Position numbers and translations under genes: made by a program. Source: Oscillospiraceae bacterium (lineage in GTDB: Bacteria > Bacillota > Clostridia > Oscillospirales > CAG-382). From it: a DNA stretch of 64,000 nt. The stretch is taken from NCBI GenBank assembly GCA_015064895.1, contig SVRI01000009.1:15138-79137 (forward strand). Reading direction: 5' to 3'. Within the stretch, counting starts at the first letter, position 1; every line of letters starts with the position of its first letter. The notes beneath the pieces are model-generated. The model was not told the DNA's origin. It saw only the letters and a list, made by a program, of their open reading frames with translations, and did not search any database. Below, piece after piece: positions 17,420 to 27,962 of this stretch.

Positions 17420-19378
17420 ATGAAAAAAATATTCAGCAAACAAACCATATTTAATATATTGTCCTTCGTTGTCCTCCCGTTCATTATAAACATTGCCTTG
17501 GAATCGCTTGGAAGCAAGGACTTATTACACGGTTTTGAAAAGTTGTTTGCCGACCCGTACATTTTTCTGTGCAACACATTAATCATTGCCTCTACCCTCT
17601 CGATAGGTGTGTTTTTTAAACGCTTCCGAGTATTATGGCTCAGTCTTGTAAGCTTTTGCTGGATAGCACTCGGAACGGTAAACTATTTCATACTCTGCAA
17701 CAGAACCCTGCCGTTTACTGCATACGATTTGCGGTTGTTCAATTCATTACCGAACATTATAAAAAAATACTTGAGTCCGTTTTTGCTGGCAGTTGTTTGC
17801 CTGGGGCTGATTGCGGTAATTCTCGGCATATTCATAGTGTTTTTCAAGGCACTGGAATCACCGAAAAAAAAGACAAACTTCATAAAACAGGCAGCATACT
17901 TTGTATTCACAATACTGTTAACCTTCACAAACCTCAAATATGCCGTCAATGCGGGGGTTCTTGAAACACGTTTTCCCGAGCTTGCCGGCTCCTTTGTGAA
18001 AAACGGTTTTGCATATTCATTTACAGTCAGCATAATGGATAACGGAATAAACAAGGTTGACAGGTATTCTGAAAAGCTCATCACTTCAATAACGGCAGAA
18101 TTTGAAGAGTCCGACGCAAAGCAAGTCAAGACACCTAACATTGTTTTTGTTCAGATGGAATCCTTCTTTGACCTTAATTCTCTTAGCAGCGTAGAGTTCA
18201 GCGAGAACCCTGTTCCGAATTTCACCAAGCTCAAAGACGAATGTCAGGGCGGACTTCTCACCGTTCCCGTCATTGGTGCAGGCACGGCAAACACAGAGTT
18301 TGAAGTAGTAACCGGAATGAGAATTTCCGATTTCGGTGCCGGCGAATATCCGTACAAAACAATACTGACGGACACCGCCTGCGAAAGCATTGCGACAAAT
18401 CTTAAAAACCATGGGTATACTTCCCACTTTATACACAACTACAAAGGCTCCTTTTACGGGCGTAACAAGGTCTATTCTTATCTTGGATACGACAACTTTA
18501 TTTCACTCGAATACATGTCAGGATACAAAAAGAACGGAAACGGCTGGGCAGAAGACCTTGTTCTTACCAAATACATAGAAGAATGTTTAAACTCCACGGA
18601 AGGAAGCGACCTTATTACTACCATTTCCGTTCAAGGACACGGTGGCTACAGCGGAGTTTCGGATTTTGAACGCCATGTTACTGTGACGAAATGTGAAAAA
18701 GAACATCTTCATGAAGCTTACGAGTATTATGCCAACCAAATATATGAAATGGACACTTTTATAGGAAAGCTCATAGACACGGTTTCAAGCCGCGACGAAG
18801 AAACAATCGTTGTCATTTACGGCGACCACCTGCCCTCTCTCGAAATTGAAAACGATGATTTATCAGGCAGAACCATTTATCAGACAGATTATATAATCTG
18901 GAATAACATGGGCATAGAATACTCCGAGGAAAATATTGGTTCATATCAATTGAATTCCAAAATTCTAGAATCCATAAATGTAAAAGACGGTATAATCAAT
19001 GCCTGCCACCAATACTACAAAAACGACAAGCAGTATTTATACAATCTCAAAGCTTTGGAATACGACATGCTGTACGGAAAGCATTATGCTTTTGACGGCA
19101 ACAATCCTTATGTCAAATCCGACATGTCCATAAACCAAAGAAAAATAACAATCTACGACATAAAACAAAAAAGCGACGACTCCGACATATACGTCATTAA
19201 CGGCGAAGGCTTTACACAAGCAAGTCTCGTAAGAATTGGTTACCGTATAGTTTCCACACATTACATAGACGAAAACACTCTTGCATTCAGATGTACTCCC
19301 CGTGATTCGGAAAAGGCAATTGCTGTATGGGAAAAGGATGCAGGCTCATCCAACACGGTTATGATTGAAAGCAAATAA
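17420..19378 (+). CDS. LTA synthase family protein (LtaS-like sulfatase fold)
   Basis: N-terminal TM helices, PNIVFVQMESF, GAGTANTEFE (catalytic Thr), QGHG, YGDHLP. Confidence 0.88.
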   Translation: MKKIFSKQTIFNILSFVVLPFIINIALESLGSKDLLHGFEKLFADPYIFLCNTLIIASTLSIGVFFKRFRVLWLSLVSFCWIALGTVNYFILCNRTLPFTAYDLRLFNSLPNIIKKYLSPFLLAVVCLGLIAVILGIFIVFFKALESPKKKTNFIKQAAYFVFTILLTFTNLKYAVNAGVLETRFPELAGSFVKNGFAYSFTVSIMDNGINKVDRYSEKLITSITAEFEESDAKQVKTPNIVFVQMESFFDLNSLSSVEFSENPVPNFTKLKDECQGGLLTVPVIGAGTANTEFEVVTGMRISDFGAGEYPYKTILTDTACESIATNLKNHGYTSHFIHNYKGSFYGRNKVYSYLGYDNFISLEYMSGYKKNGNGWAEDLVLTKYIEECLNSTEGSDLITTISVQGHGGYSGVSDFERHVTVTKCEKEHLHEAYEYYANQIYEMDTFIGKLIDTVSSRDEETIVVIYGDHLPSLEIENDDLSGRTIYQTDYIIWNNMGIEYSEENIGSYQLNSKILESINVKDGIINACHQYYKNDKQYLYNLKALEYDMLYGKHYAFDGNNPYVKSDMSINQRKITIYDIKQKSDDSDIYVINGEGFTQASLVRIGYRIVSTHYIDENTLAFRCTPRDSEKAIAVWEKDAGSSNTVMIESK

Positions 19379-19390
19379 ATAAACACGTCC

Positions 19391-19425
19391 AAAAAAGGGA
19401 TGAGCTTCAAATGAAGCTCATCCCT
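19391..19425. terminator. Hairpin terminator between convergent genes
   Basis: AAGGGATGAGCTTCA/TGAAGCTCATCCCTT perfect stem. Confidence 0.75.
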
Positions 19426-19441
19426 TGACTATATGTCTACA

Positions 19442-20314
19442 TCATGCATCGAGAAAATCTTGGAAGCCGGGTCCCTCAAGGATAACCCATTCCTTTCCGA
19501 TTTCAGCGACAATAAAGTCCACAGTCTCCTCATAGCTGTTCTTTTTGCCGTCAATCTCGATTTCAACTTCAACCTTGTATGCCGACTTTACTTTCAGTTT
19601 TTCCATTGATTCTATGAATTCTTCAAATTCACCCTGATCCTTTTCGCTATCAAGTTCAAACGTCAAATCCTCATAGTTCTCAATGATGTTTTTTAATTCA
19701 TCCTGTAAATTCCGGGTTCTTCCTTTGGAAAGCTTTGCTGTATCTTTGATTTCATATTTGAGTTCCCAGTCGCCGTAAACATCTTCAAGAGCGTTATAAA
19801 AGTCACCTATCAAAGCGTCTTCGGTATAGTCTTCCCAATCATATCTACCCTTGCCGTAACCATAGTAATCATACCCTATATCAGGTTCGTCGTTCCCGTT
19901 AGAGCTGAAGTTTGCCTTAAGAAGAATTTCGTGCAGCTTTGCAGCATCGCTGCCTTTATAATACTGACCAAATTCACCGCCGAAATACATGTTCGAAAGA
20001 AACTCGGAAACATCGTTTTCTTCATCGGCAATATAATCAAGATACGCTTCAACCTCTTCAACATACTGTTTTTTGCTGAATTTATTTCCCAACATAAGTA
20101 CAACAACCACCGCCGCAGCAACCAAAACAGTCGCAAGCACACAAATAAGTACAATTATACCTGCCTTACTCTTTTTCGGCTTTGCCTCGGAAACAGGCGA
20201 AGAAACTTCGGGAGACTCGTTTGAATCGGTGCTTCCTGAAAGGATGGGGGTTCCACATTTCGGGCACTCTTTCTCATTGTCGGAAAATTGAAAACCGCAA
20301 TTTCTGCAAAACAT
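19442..20314 (-). CDS. Zinc-ribbon, single-TM protein with acidic external domain
   Basis: MFCRNCG...CPKCG, linker, one hydrophobic helix, D/E-rich remainder. Confidence 0.8.
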   Translation of the reverse strand: MFCRNCGFQFSDNEKECPKCGTPILSGSTDSNESPEVSSPVSEAKPKKSKAGIIVLICVLATVLVAAAVVVVLMLGNKFSKKQYVEEVEAYLDYIADEENDVSEFLSNMYFGGEFGQYYKGSDAAKLHEILLKANFSSNGNDEPDIGYDYYGYGKGRYDWEDYTEDALIGDFYNALEDVYGDWELKYEIKDTAKLSKGRTRNLQDELKNIIENYEDLTFELDSEKDQGEFEEFIESMEKLKVKSAYKVEVEIEIDGKKNSYEETVDFIVAEIGKEWVILEGPGFQDFLDA

Positions 20315-20343
20315 AGTTTTTCTCCTTTATACGTATTGGAATT

Positions 20344-21342
20344 TTAAAAAAATGATTTACATTTCCCCTTTGCCTTTTCAAAAAGCCACGAAAAAGCAAA
20401 GCTAAATGACATAAGAAATACAAAGAAAACAGGGAAACCAAGCCATGCACTAAACTTGGTAATGTCTATATTTTCCTGAACAATGTCGAGGAAAAACACA
20501 TGCATCATATAAATATTGAATGAATGATACGATATTGAAGAAATCCACTTGTTGCCTTTGGGTTCCTTCATCTTCATACACAAATAGAACACCGACATTG
20601 CGGCAACGCCTATAAATACACTTCTGAAATCAGAATAGCTCTCAACGTGTGCTCTTGATTTCAGCGACGAAAACAGTGTAAGGAGATTAGTTGCCGTAAC
20701 GCAAAGCACCCATACAACGGCGGGTATCCACTTTTTTATTTTGATTTCATCAATATAATGACGAATAACATACCCCATGATGAAATATCCTGCATAAACC
20801 GAACTGCCGATAAGCGGTATTTCATATGTTGCATGCATTTTCAGCATCTTGAGAACAAAGCTTACAGTCATGACAGCAATAAACAAAACCGAAAAATACT
20901 TCATGAGTTTTTTAGAATCACCGCTTACAAGCTTTTGCCAAAGCGGAATTGTAATGTATATACCGAACATTACAAACAAAAACCAAAAATGTACTCGTAC
21001 CGGTGTTGCAAATATTTCCCTGAAATTATATCTCTGTCCTAAGTAGAAAAAATCCCACACTATAAACACTATTGTCCAGACAACTGTTTTTATCAGTATA
21101 TTTACCGTTCTCTTGTTGTTCTTCTTATAATCCGTCGGCTGCTCCAAAATGAGAGCACCGCTTATCATAAAAAACAACGGCACACTGATACGGCAAAGTC
21201 CGTTGAACAACAATGCACATATATACGAGTCCATCGGTAGTTTTGGATATTCCCTCATATACCAGTTTGAAATATGACCGAGAACCACCATAAAGCACGA
21301 AAAGACTCTCAGATATTCCAAACGTTCATCCTTATGTGATAT
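20344..21342 (-). CDS. Acyltransferase family 3 (membrane O-acyltransferase); start uncertain (ATA 21342 or TTG 21321)
   Basis: RLEYLRVFSCFMVVLGH, RISVPLFFMISGAL, HFWFL, SFNIYMMH; about 10 TM helices. Confidence 0.88.
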   Translation of the reverse strand: MSHKDERLEYLRVFSCFMVVLGHISNWYMREYPKLPMDSYICALLFNGLCRISVPLFFMISGALILEQPTDYKKNNKRTVNILIKTVVWTIVFIVWDFFYLGQRYNFREIFATPVRVHFWFLFVMFGIYITIPLWQKLVSGDSKKLMKYFSVLFIAVMTVSFVLKMLKMHATYEIPLIGSSVYAGYFIMGYVIRHYIDEIKIKKWIPAVVWVLCVTATNLLTLFSSLKSRAHVESYSDFRSVFIGVAAMSVFYLCMKMKEPKGNKWISSISYHSFNIYMMHVFFLDIVQENIDITKFSAWLGFPVFFVFLMSFSFAFSWLFEKAKGKCKSFF

Positions 21343-21498
21343 AACCGTTCACCTCACACAGCGTCAGTATGCTGCCGCAACAAAAAATGAACATTTTCGA
21401 TTTGTTCCATCAAATTATACCGCTGTTCGTCAAAAAAGTCAATAGTTGTAAGATTTGAGTAAACTGTAATACATTGTTTCCGTAAATCAATAAAACTG

Positions 21499-21527
21499 TT
21501 GATATGTCCGCAAAAACATGGTATAAT
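21499..21527 (+). promoter_or_regulatory. Sigma-A promoter
   Basis: TTGATA-17 nt-TATAAT with TG extension. Confidence 0.65.
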
Positions 21528-21567
21528 CATAATGTGATCTGCACTATACCCACAAACACAACCTCAT

Positions 21568-23088
21568 TTGAAAGGCATCGTTCCGGCGATGACGGTAAAA
21601 AGCATGGCTTATTATGCTGAAATGTTAAATGTCAATGACAACACACTGACTGCTGACTTCTGGGCAGGAGAACACTACTGTCCGATTTGCAAAAGCAAGC
21701 AGCATTTTCACCTGAAACACACAACGGCACGCTTTTCGTTGCTTTTTATAGGAATCATTCCCCTTCCCCTGCCGCGAATTAATATAATAGATGACAGATA
21801 CATACTTTGCGACAAGTGCGGTTTCGCAAACAAGTTGACAATTCACGAATACAGCACAATACGCAACCTGCAGCTACGGTCCATGGCATCACTTGAATTT
21901 CCAAAAGAAATCATCGAAGAGGATTTTGTTCCCAATAAAACAAAATTCGGATATGCTGTACGCAAAAGTATATTTGCCGGCATACCTCTTTTACTCGTTT
22001 TACTGTTCGGCATATTATTGATATTATCTATTTCTGAGCCATCAGGAATCCCCTCGGCAATTCTAATGCCTGTGTTAATAGCAATACCCTTTGGGCTAAA
22101 ATTGATATTTGCGCTGAGATACCTTGGCTTTTGCAATGCAAAAAGAAATGCATACAAGTCTGCACAGGAATATCCGCCGCTTGCCTCGTTTGACGGCACA
22201 CAGCTTCAGCAAACTGTTCAACAAATGGAAATTTTGGTTCTTCCCAAAGGCTTTGAGGAGTATTTGGAAACCACAAAATCCGTCATGCCCGAATCGGCTG
22301 TTCCGACAAACGTCGATGCTTCCTCTCAGATCTACGAAAAAAAATTATCGGAAATCGCAGAGTCGGGCCAAGAAGTGAATTTTGTTTCGGATATGCCTGC
22401 AGATTCACATGCGGAAGATTATAAGGTAAAAAAATACAACTACAAATTCTCTGCTCTTTCCTTTACCGTTCCAAAGGATTTTCCCAAGCACAAAGAGCTT
22501 CATTCCGCATGCTCTTACATGGCAGGCAAAAAGCATATGGCTTTATTGGTGTGGCAGTATCTGTTTATTGTCTTCGGTCTGTTATGCTTGATTGCCGCCA
22601 TAGTCGGTTCAGCAATGGAAGCTATGTTTGGGACTATGCTTTTCTTGGCTTTTGCAGTCATGTTTAACATAATCAACAGACGTCAGATGACCAGAATAAT
22701 AGAGTCGCTTTATACACTTGAAAGGACGGGAAACATACAATATCTGGGTGAAGTTATACCGGCTTATTGCAATTCCGAAAAGAAATTTGTTTTTTCCGAC
22801 AGATTATTCTATGACCGTGCTTCGCGTATAGTGACGGCATATGACGACATCCGCCTTGTATATCCCAAGAACAATCCGAGAATGGAAAATGCAGAAAATT
22901 CAAACAACAACGATATAAACGTCATATACCTCTCCACGGTAGACGGCTCGGAGCATCCGTCGGAAATCAACATTTATACTTTCCTTGAGGCAACCAAGGA
23001 TAAGCAGAATTATCTGGTGGGATACAGTGTCGAAAATCAACATCAATATCAATCAGACGTTTTCGATTTTCATAAAAAGCAAAACTGA
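21568..23088 (+). CDS. Hypothetical multi-domain membrane protein with N-terminal zinc ribbon; start uncertain
   Basis: CPICK...FSLLFIGIIPL...CDKCG and two separate pairs of TM helices. Confidence 0.7.
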   Translation: MKGIVPAMTVKSMAYYAEMLNVNDNTLTADFWAGEHYCPICKSKQHFHLKHTTARFSLLFIGIIPLPLPRINIIDDRYILCDKCGFANKLTIHEYSTIRNLQLRSMASLEFPKEIIEEDFVPNKTKFGYAVRKSIFAGIPLLLVLLFGILLILSISEPSGIPSAILMPVLIAIPFGLKLIFALRYLGFCNAKRNAYKSAQEYPPLASFDGTQLQQTVQQMEILVLPKGFEEYLETTKSVMPESAVPTNVDASSQIYEKKLSEIAESGQEVNFVSDMPADSHAEDYKVKKYNYKFSALSFTVPKDFPKHKELHSACSYMAGKKHMALLVWQYLFIVFGLLCLIAAIVGSAMEAMFGTMLFLAFAVMFNIINRRQMTRIIESLYTLERTGNIQYLGEVIPAYCNSEKKFVFSDRLFYDRASRIVTAYDDIRLVYPKNNPRMENAENSNNNDINVIYLSTVDGSEHPSEINIYTFLEATKDKQNYLVGYSVENQHQYQSDVFDFHKKQN

Positions 23089-23242
23089 TTCTAACGGAGA
23101 ACAAAAATAATGCGGTTAATTTATGTATGTCTGATGGTTTTCACTTATCATGTCAGCAGCCATACTGCCTTAAGTAAGCAGCGAAAAACATTCCATATTA
23201 TCAAAAGCAACGGGCAGACCAAACACGGTCTGCCCTATAATT

Positions 23243-23848
23243 TTATTTCAATGTTACCGCATGGATAACATAATCGTCAAAACTGAAGTTTTCCACCCTG
23301 ATGCTTTCTGAAAAAACATCAACACTCTTAAAATCGGTAATGCCTGTGCCGATACATTTGAAATATGCCTCTTTTATTGTCCATATTTCAAAAAAGCGGG
23401 ATAGTTCCTGATATGATGCTTCCCTTTCATAGTCCCCGTCATCGGGTATTCTTCCGAACAAATACTCAAGTTCTTTATCTGTACACACCTTTTTGAAAAG
23501 TTTTGGTCTGACAGCATGGATTTTTTCCACATCTATACCGACTTTATCTGTGTGAACTGCTGCGACAACTATATTTTCCGAATGGCTGATGTTAAATTCA
23601 AGCGGAATGTTTTCCGGCTTCGGTTTTCCTTTTTGGTCTGCAACAATTACAATTTCCTCAAAAGGTATCCCCGACATATCTGACACAAGTGTCCTTGCAA
23701 GATATTCCCCCGCAAGACTTCTTTTTTTGTCATCTTCGTGCCTGAGGCGGTCAATTTTGGCTCTGCGTGTCGGATGCATTGCAGCATATGTTTTGTTATA
23801 TATATCGACAGTTATATCATCTATAAAACATTTTTCGTGCTTTACCAA
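23243..23848 (-). CDS. 4'-phosphopantetheinyl transferase (Sfp type)
   Basis: GKP, FNISHS, VGIDVE, FFEIWTIKEAYFKCIGTG. Confidence 0.93.
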   Translation of the reverse strand: MVKHEKCFIDDITVDIYNKTYAAMHPTRRAKIDRLRHEDDKKRSLAGEYLARTLVSDMSGIPFEEIVIVADQKGKPKPENIPLEFNISHSENIVVAAVHTDKVGIDVEKIHAVRPKLFKKVCTDKELEYLFGRIPDDGDYEREASYQELSRFFEIWTIKEAYFKCIGTGITDFKSVDVFSESIRVENFSFDDYVIHAVTLK

Positions 23849-23917
23849 AACTTCTCACCTTCTTTCGACAAATATGTGTTGCATTTTAGTTATATATATG
23901 TTAAAATAACCTTAACA

Positions 23918-24895
23918 TTATTTCTCGTAAAAATCAACAAGTTTGCGAATATATGTTTCAAGGTTTTCGTCCTTACGTGTGAACAGGCAATGTCTTGCAC
24001 CTTTAATCATCACATATTCGCATCCAAGCAACTTCGCAAGCTTCTGCTGAGGCTTGACTTTTACGGAATTATCGTTCTCGGCACTTATCAAAAGAATTTG
24101 TGAATTCATTTTCTCTGTGGTTTTTTTGTTGAGAAGCTTGTATCTTACACCGAGAGTTTCATAATTCCATCTGTTCGACGAGCAGGAGTTTTGGTATCTA
24201 GGCTCATTGATTCTCATATTCAGATTGTAGAAGAATCTGGCTTCGCTTTCGTCTCCGCTGTTTTCGCTCTTTGCATTGGGTTTGAAATCAGACGAGTATT
24301 TGAGTCTTGCCTTCCAACCGTTTTTCTTGACGTCTCCTTTTATGAGAAAACGCAAAACACGACCGGGTATTTTCATGCAGACAGGATATACCAAGGGCGC
24401 CGAAAGTACTGTCTTTTCTATCTTATCTCCAGTCTGTGCAAGATACAGCGAAGCAACTGCACCCCCCATGGAATGGGAATATATATTTACAGGAATCCCC
24501 TCTGAGTTGGGTTTTACGATTTTATCCATAAAACACTGCAAATCGTATGCATAATCCTCGTACTTATCAACATGGGTAACTTGAAAATCTTCCACATCGC
24601 GGTGTGAATATCCGTGTCCGCGCTGGTCATATAAAAATATATTATACCCCATATTCATGAAATAACTGCCTATTTCATAGTATTTTTTCAAGAATTCGGT
24701 ATAACCGTGAACCATAACAATGCTTGCTTTCGGGTTTTCAACAAGGAAATATTCGTAATATATTTTTGCGTTATCAAAAGACTCGAAAAAGCCCTTGTTG
24801 CAGTATGTATCCAGCTCATTTACCAAATTCTGCATATGGTTTTCATAGTTTTCTTCGTCAATGAGGCTGAGTTTTCCTGATGGTTGATACAACAT
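23918..24895 (-). CDS. Alpha/beta hydrolase, lysophospholipase (PldB-like)
   Basis: VHGYTEF..KY.E, DQRGHGYS, SHSMGG, AEND, GARH. Confidence 0.88.
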   Translation of the reverse strand: MLYQPSGKLSLIDEENYENHMQNLVNELDTYCNKGFFESFDNAKIYYEYFLVENPKASIVMVHGYTEFLKKYYEIGSYFMNMGYNIFLYDQRGHGYSHRDVEDFQVTHVDKYEDYAYDLQCFMDKIVKPNSEGIPVNIYSHSMGGAVASLYLAQTGDKIEKTVLSAPLVYPVCMKIPGRVLRFLIKGDVKKNGWKARLKYSSDFKPNAKSENSGDESEARFFYNLNMRINEPRYQNSCSSNRWNYETLGVRYKLLNKKTTEKMNSQILLISAENDNSVKVKPQQKLAKLLGCEYVMIKGARHCLFTRKDENLETYIRKLVDFYEK

Positions 24896-24942
24896 TTTTT
24901 CGCTTCCTTTATTTTAATTAATGTATATTTTTAAAACAAGAG

Positions 24943-25890
24943 GTGATACTAGTGACATCTTCAAAAAAGAAATCTTTATTAAAGGTCTTAAAGGTCAGTA
25001 TCATAATTGTTTTAGTTTTCATAACAGTTTCTATGATTGCAACGGTATTTATCTACAACGGTGTTTTTCAAACGTACCGTGAAAATACCGATAACATGTC
25101 CGTTGCCGTTTCCGCAGATGTTGCGAGTTACTCATCTCATGGCTATATGAGCGGTGAAAACAAGCTTTCAGGACATCTGTATGAAACAAATTCCGATTCA
25201 GTTATAATAATTATCCCCGGTTTTCATGCCGAAACAGATGCATTCATTCCGTATGTGGATGAATTCTGCCGTAACGGCTTTGACGTTTTCACCTTTGACT
25301 GCACAGGTCACGGTGAAAGCGGCGGCAATTCGTCGGTGGGATTTCCGCAGGTTATCAAGGACCTTGACGCGACACTTGAATATATCAGTGAAAAGTCGTC
25401 TTACAAAAACATCTATCTTTTCGGACACAGCCGCGGCGGTTATGCTGCCTGCTGTGCACTAAAAGACAACAAAAACATTTCAGCCGTTGTTTCCGTAAGC
25501 GGTGTCAACAGTGCCATGGACGGGATAATGGCATATTCAACAGACACCATAGGTCCCATTGCATACGGGAATTACCCCTTCCTGTGGATCTACCAATCCA
25601 TGCTTTTCGGCACCGAGCTTTCAAGCAGAAGTGCTTCAGACTGCATACAGGATACGGATGTTCCCGTGTTAATTATTCAGGGAAAGCACGATGAACAAAT
25701 TCCTTCAGACGATTTTTCAGTATATTCACACATGGAAGATGCTGATTCGTCAAACGCAAAGCTTGTTTTATATGACAATCCCGGATGTGACGGTCATACT
25801 ACCATACTTTTCCCGCAAGACGGCACTGCAAATCCCGATATTACAAGCTACGCCGTTAATTTTTTCAAAAACAATATTGCCAAGGAGTAA
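24943..25890 (+). CDS. Membrane-anchored alpha/beta hydrolase
   Basis: N-terminal TM, DCTGHGES, GHSRGG, QGKHD, DGH. Confidence 0.85.
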   Translation: MILVTSSKKKSLLKVLKVSIIIVLVFITVSMIATVFIYNGVFQTYRENTDNMSVAVSADVASYSSHGYMSGENKLSGHLYETNSDSVIIIIPGFHAETDAFIPYVDEFCRNGFDVFTFDCTGHGESGGNSSVGFPQVIKDLDATLEYISEKSSYKNIYLFGHSRGGYAACCALKDNKNISAVVSVSGVNSAMDGIMAYSTDTIGPIAYGNYPFLWIYQSMLFGTELSSRSASDCIQDTDVPVLIIQGKHDEQIPSDDFSVYSHMEDADSSNAKLVLYDNPGCDGHTTILFPQDGTANPDITSYAVNFFKNNIAKE

Positions 25891-25898
25891 ACCCGAAA

Positions 25899-26936
25899 AT
25901 GAAAGACGTTGTTCTCATTCCAGCCTATCAGCCTGACAAGCAATTGATTCAGGTTGTTGAAAATCTTAGTGAAAATGATCTGGGTATTCTTATTGTCGAT
26001 GATGGCAGCGGTTCCGACTATGCTGATATATTCGATGCTGTCAAAGACAAAGCACAGGTTGTTCACATACCCTGCAACGGAGGAAAGGGTGCTGCACTCA
26101 AAAACGGCATGGCATCAATAAAAAGAATCTATCCCGATTGTGAATTCTTTGTGACAGCAGATGCAGACGGGCAACACAAATGTGAAGACATTCTGCGTGT
26201 TTTTAAGGAACTTCACCACGGTGCTGAATTTGTACTTACCGTAAGACAGTTCGACCGAGACATGCCCTTTCGTTCCAAATTCGGAAACAATCTTTCCAAA
26301 TGGATATACACTATTCTGAACGGTCATTTTTTTGAAGACAATCAGTCTGGTCTAAGGGGTTTTTCAACAAAGCACATTGAATGGCTTTTAAAGGTCGGAG
26401 GAGACAAATACGATTATGAAATGAACATGCTTTATTATGCCGATAAGCAAGGTGTCTCCATTACCACAATACCCATAGAAGCAATTTACATAGACAACAA
26501 CAGCTCATCTCATTTCAATCCCGTAAAAGATACTCTGCGAATTTACGCACGTCTTTTTTGGAGTGCACGTATAACCTTTGCGGCAATTCTGATTATTGAA
26601 CAGCTGCTGCTTGCCGCAACATTCATTTACGGGTACAAGCATCTGCATATTACAATCCCGACAATAGGTTCTGTCGGCGTAGTATTTACTTTTATACTCA
26701 ATCAATTTGTCGTATTCAGAGGCTTTAAATACCGAGACCACTACCGTCTTATTATCTATTCAATACTAAGGTATACTGCATATACATGGGCATTGATTAT
26801 GATTTCATTTGTGGCTCCGAAAATACCCTTGATAATTGCTTTCAATCTTATAGCAATTGCAATAATGCCACTTGAGTACATTATGCATAAGCTTCTTTAT
26901 CGTGCCAAGTACAAAGATATCAACAGAACAGCTTAA
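25899..26936 (+). CDS. GT2 (polyprenol-phosphate glycosyltransferase-like) with C-terminal GtrA-like TM domain
   Basis: LIPAYQP, VDDGSG, GKGAALK, DADGQH, DNQSGLRGF, SHFNPVKD; 4 C-terminal TM segments. Confidence 0.88.
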   Translation: MKDVVLIPAYQPDKQLIQVVENLSENDLGILIVDDGSGSDYADIFDAVKDKAQVVHIPCNGGKGAALKNGMASIKRIYPDCEFFVTADADGQHKCEDILRVFKELHHGAEFVLTVRQFDRDMPFRSKFGNNLSKWIYTILNGHFFEDNQSGLRGFSTKHIEWLLKVGGDKYDYEMNMLYYADKQGVSITTIPIEAIYIDNNSSSHFNPVKDTLRIYARLFWSARITFAAILIIEQLLLAATFIYGYKHLHITIPTIGSVGVVFTFILNQFVVFRGFKYRDHYRLIIYSILRYTAYTWALIMISFVAPKIPLIIAFNLIAIAIMPLEYIMHKLLYRAKYKDINRTA

Positions 26937-26974
26937 AAACAATAACCGGTGCGGGAAAAGCACCGGTTTAATTT

Positions 26975-27952
26975 TTATTCGGCGATTGCCTGTGCCACCT
27001 TTGCAGAGAATCCTCTGTCTTCAATACGAATTATCTGCCTGATGCAGGCACCGACAGTATCGGCTACCGCACAGCCGTGCATTTTGACTACCGTTTTTTT
27101 GAGCCCCAGGAAGGTTGCCCCTCCCCTTGTGTTGAAGTCAAACTTTTCCACGATGGCATTTCTGATGTTTTTACAAGCTTCACTACCGTCGGAATAACTG
27201 TCAATTATTCTGAGAGCCGCTCTTCCGCACTCCTCTGTGTTTTTAAGAAGAATGTTTCCCGTAAACCCGTCGGTAACAACAACATCAAGCTCAGTATCAG
27301 CAAGATCACTGCCCTCAACATTTCCGACAAAGTTAAGATCTAACGGTTTAATAAGCTCAAATGCAGCCTTTGTAAGGGTATTGCCTTTGCCGTCTTCACG
27401 ACCGACAGACATAAGTCCTACCTTGGGATGTTCTTCACCCAAAAGACTCTGCATAAATGCATTTCCCATTAGAGCGTATCTTTTCAAATCTTCGGGGGTA
27501 CATTCAACATTTGCTCCGCAGTCAACAAGACATACAAGTCCGTTCTTTCCGCAGGGAATTGCAGTAGAAAGTGCAGGAGCCATAAGTCCCTTTACAAGAC
27601 CCACTCTGAAAATCGAGCCCACCATGAGTGCACCCGTATTACCGGCACTTATCATGCCCATGACATCGTCGCTCTTTGAAAGCCTGTCAAGACTCATGAC
27701 CATGGATGTGTCATCCTTACCCTTGAACACGCACGTCGGCGGATCATCATTGGTGACATATTTATCGGTATGCACTATCTCAACTCTTGATTCATCGGTG
27801 CCGTATGTTTTCATCATGTCTCTGATAATTCGTTCGTCGCCCACAATGACAACATGCAAATCATCAATTTCCATGACTGCATCCAATGTACCTCGGATTA
27901 TTTCGACATGACCAATATCTGCACCGTATGTATCAACAATAATTTTCTTCAT
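26975..27952 (-). CDS. plsX: Phosphate acyltransferase PlsX (divergent)
   Basis: SAGNTGA, DCGANVEC, GKGN, FVGNVEG, VVTDGFTGNILLK..E, GGATFLGL...VVKMHG. Confidence 0.88.
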   Translation of the reverse strand: MKKIIVDTYGADIGHVEIIRGTLDAVMEIDDLHVVIVGDERIIRDMMKTYGTDESRVEIVHTDKYVTNDDPPTCVFKGKDDTSMVMSLDRLSKSDDVMGMISAGNTGALMVGSIFRVGLVKGLMAPALSTAIPCGKNGLVCLVDCGANVECTPEDLKRYALMGNAFMQSLLGEEHPKVGLMSVGREDGKGNTLTKAAFELIKPLDLNFVGNVEGSDLADTELDVVVTDGFTGNILLKNTEECGRAALRIIDSYSDGSEACKNIRNAIVEKFDFNTRGGATFLGLKKTVVKMHGCAVADTVGACIRQIIRIEDRGFSAKVAQAIAE

Positions 27953-27962
27953 ACAAACCCCG

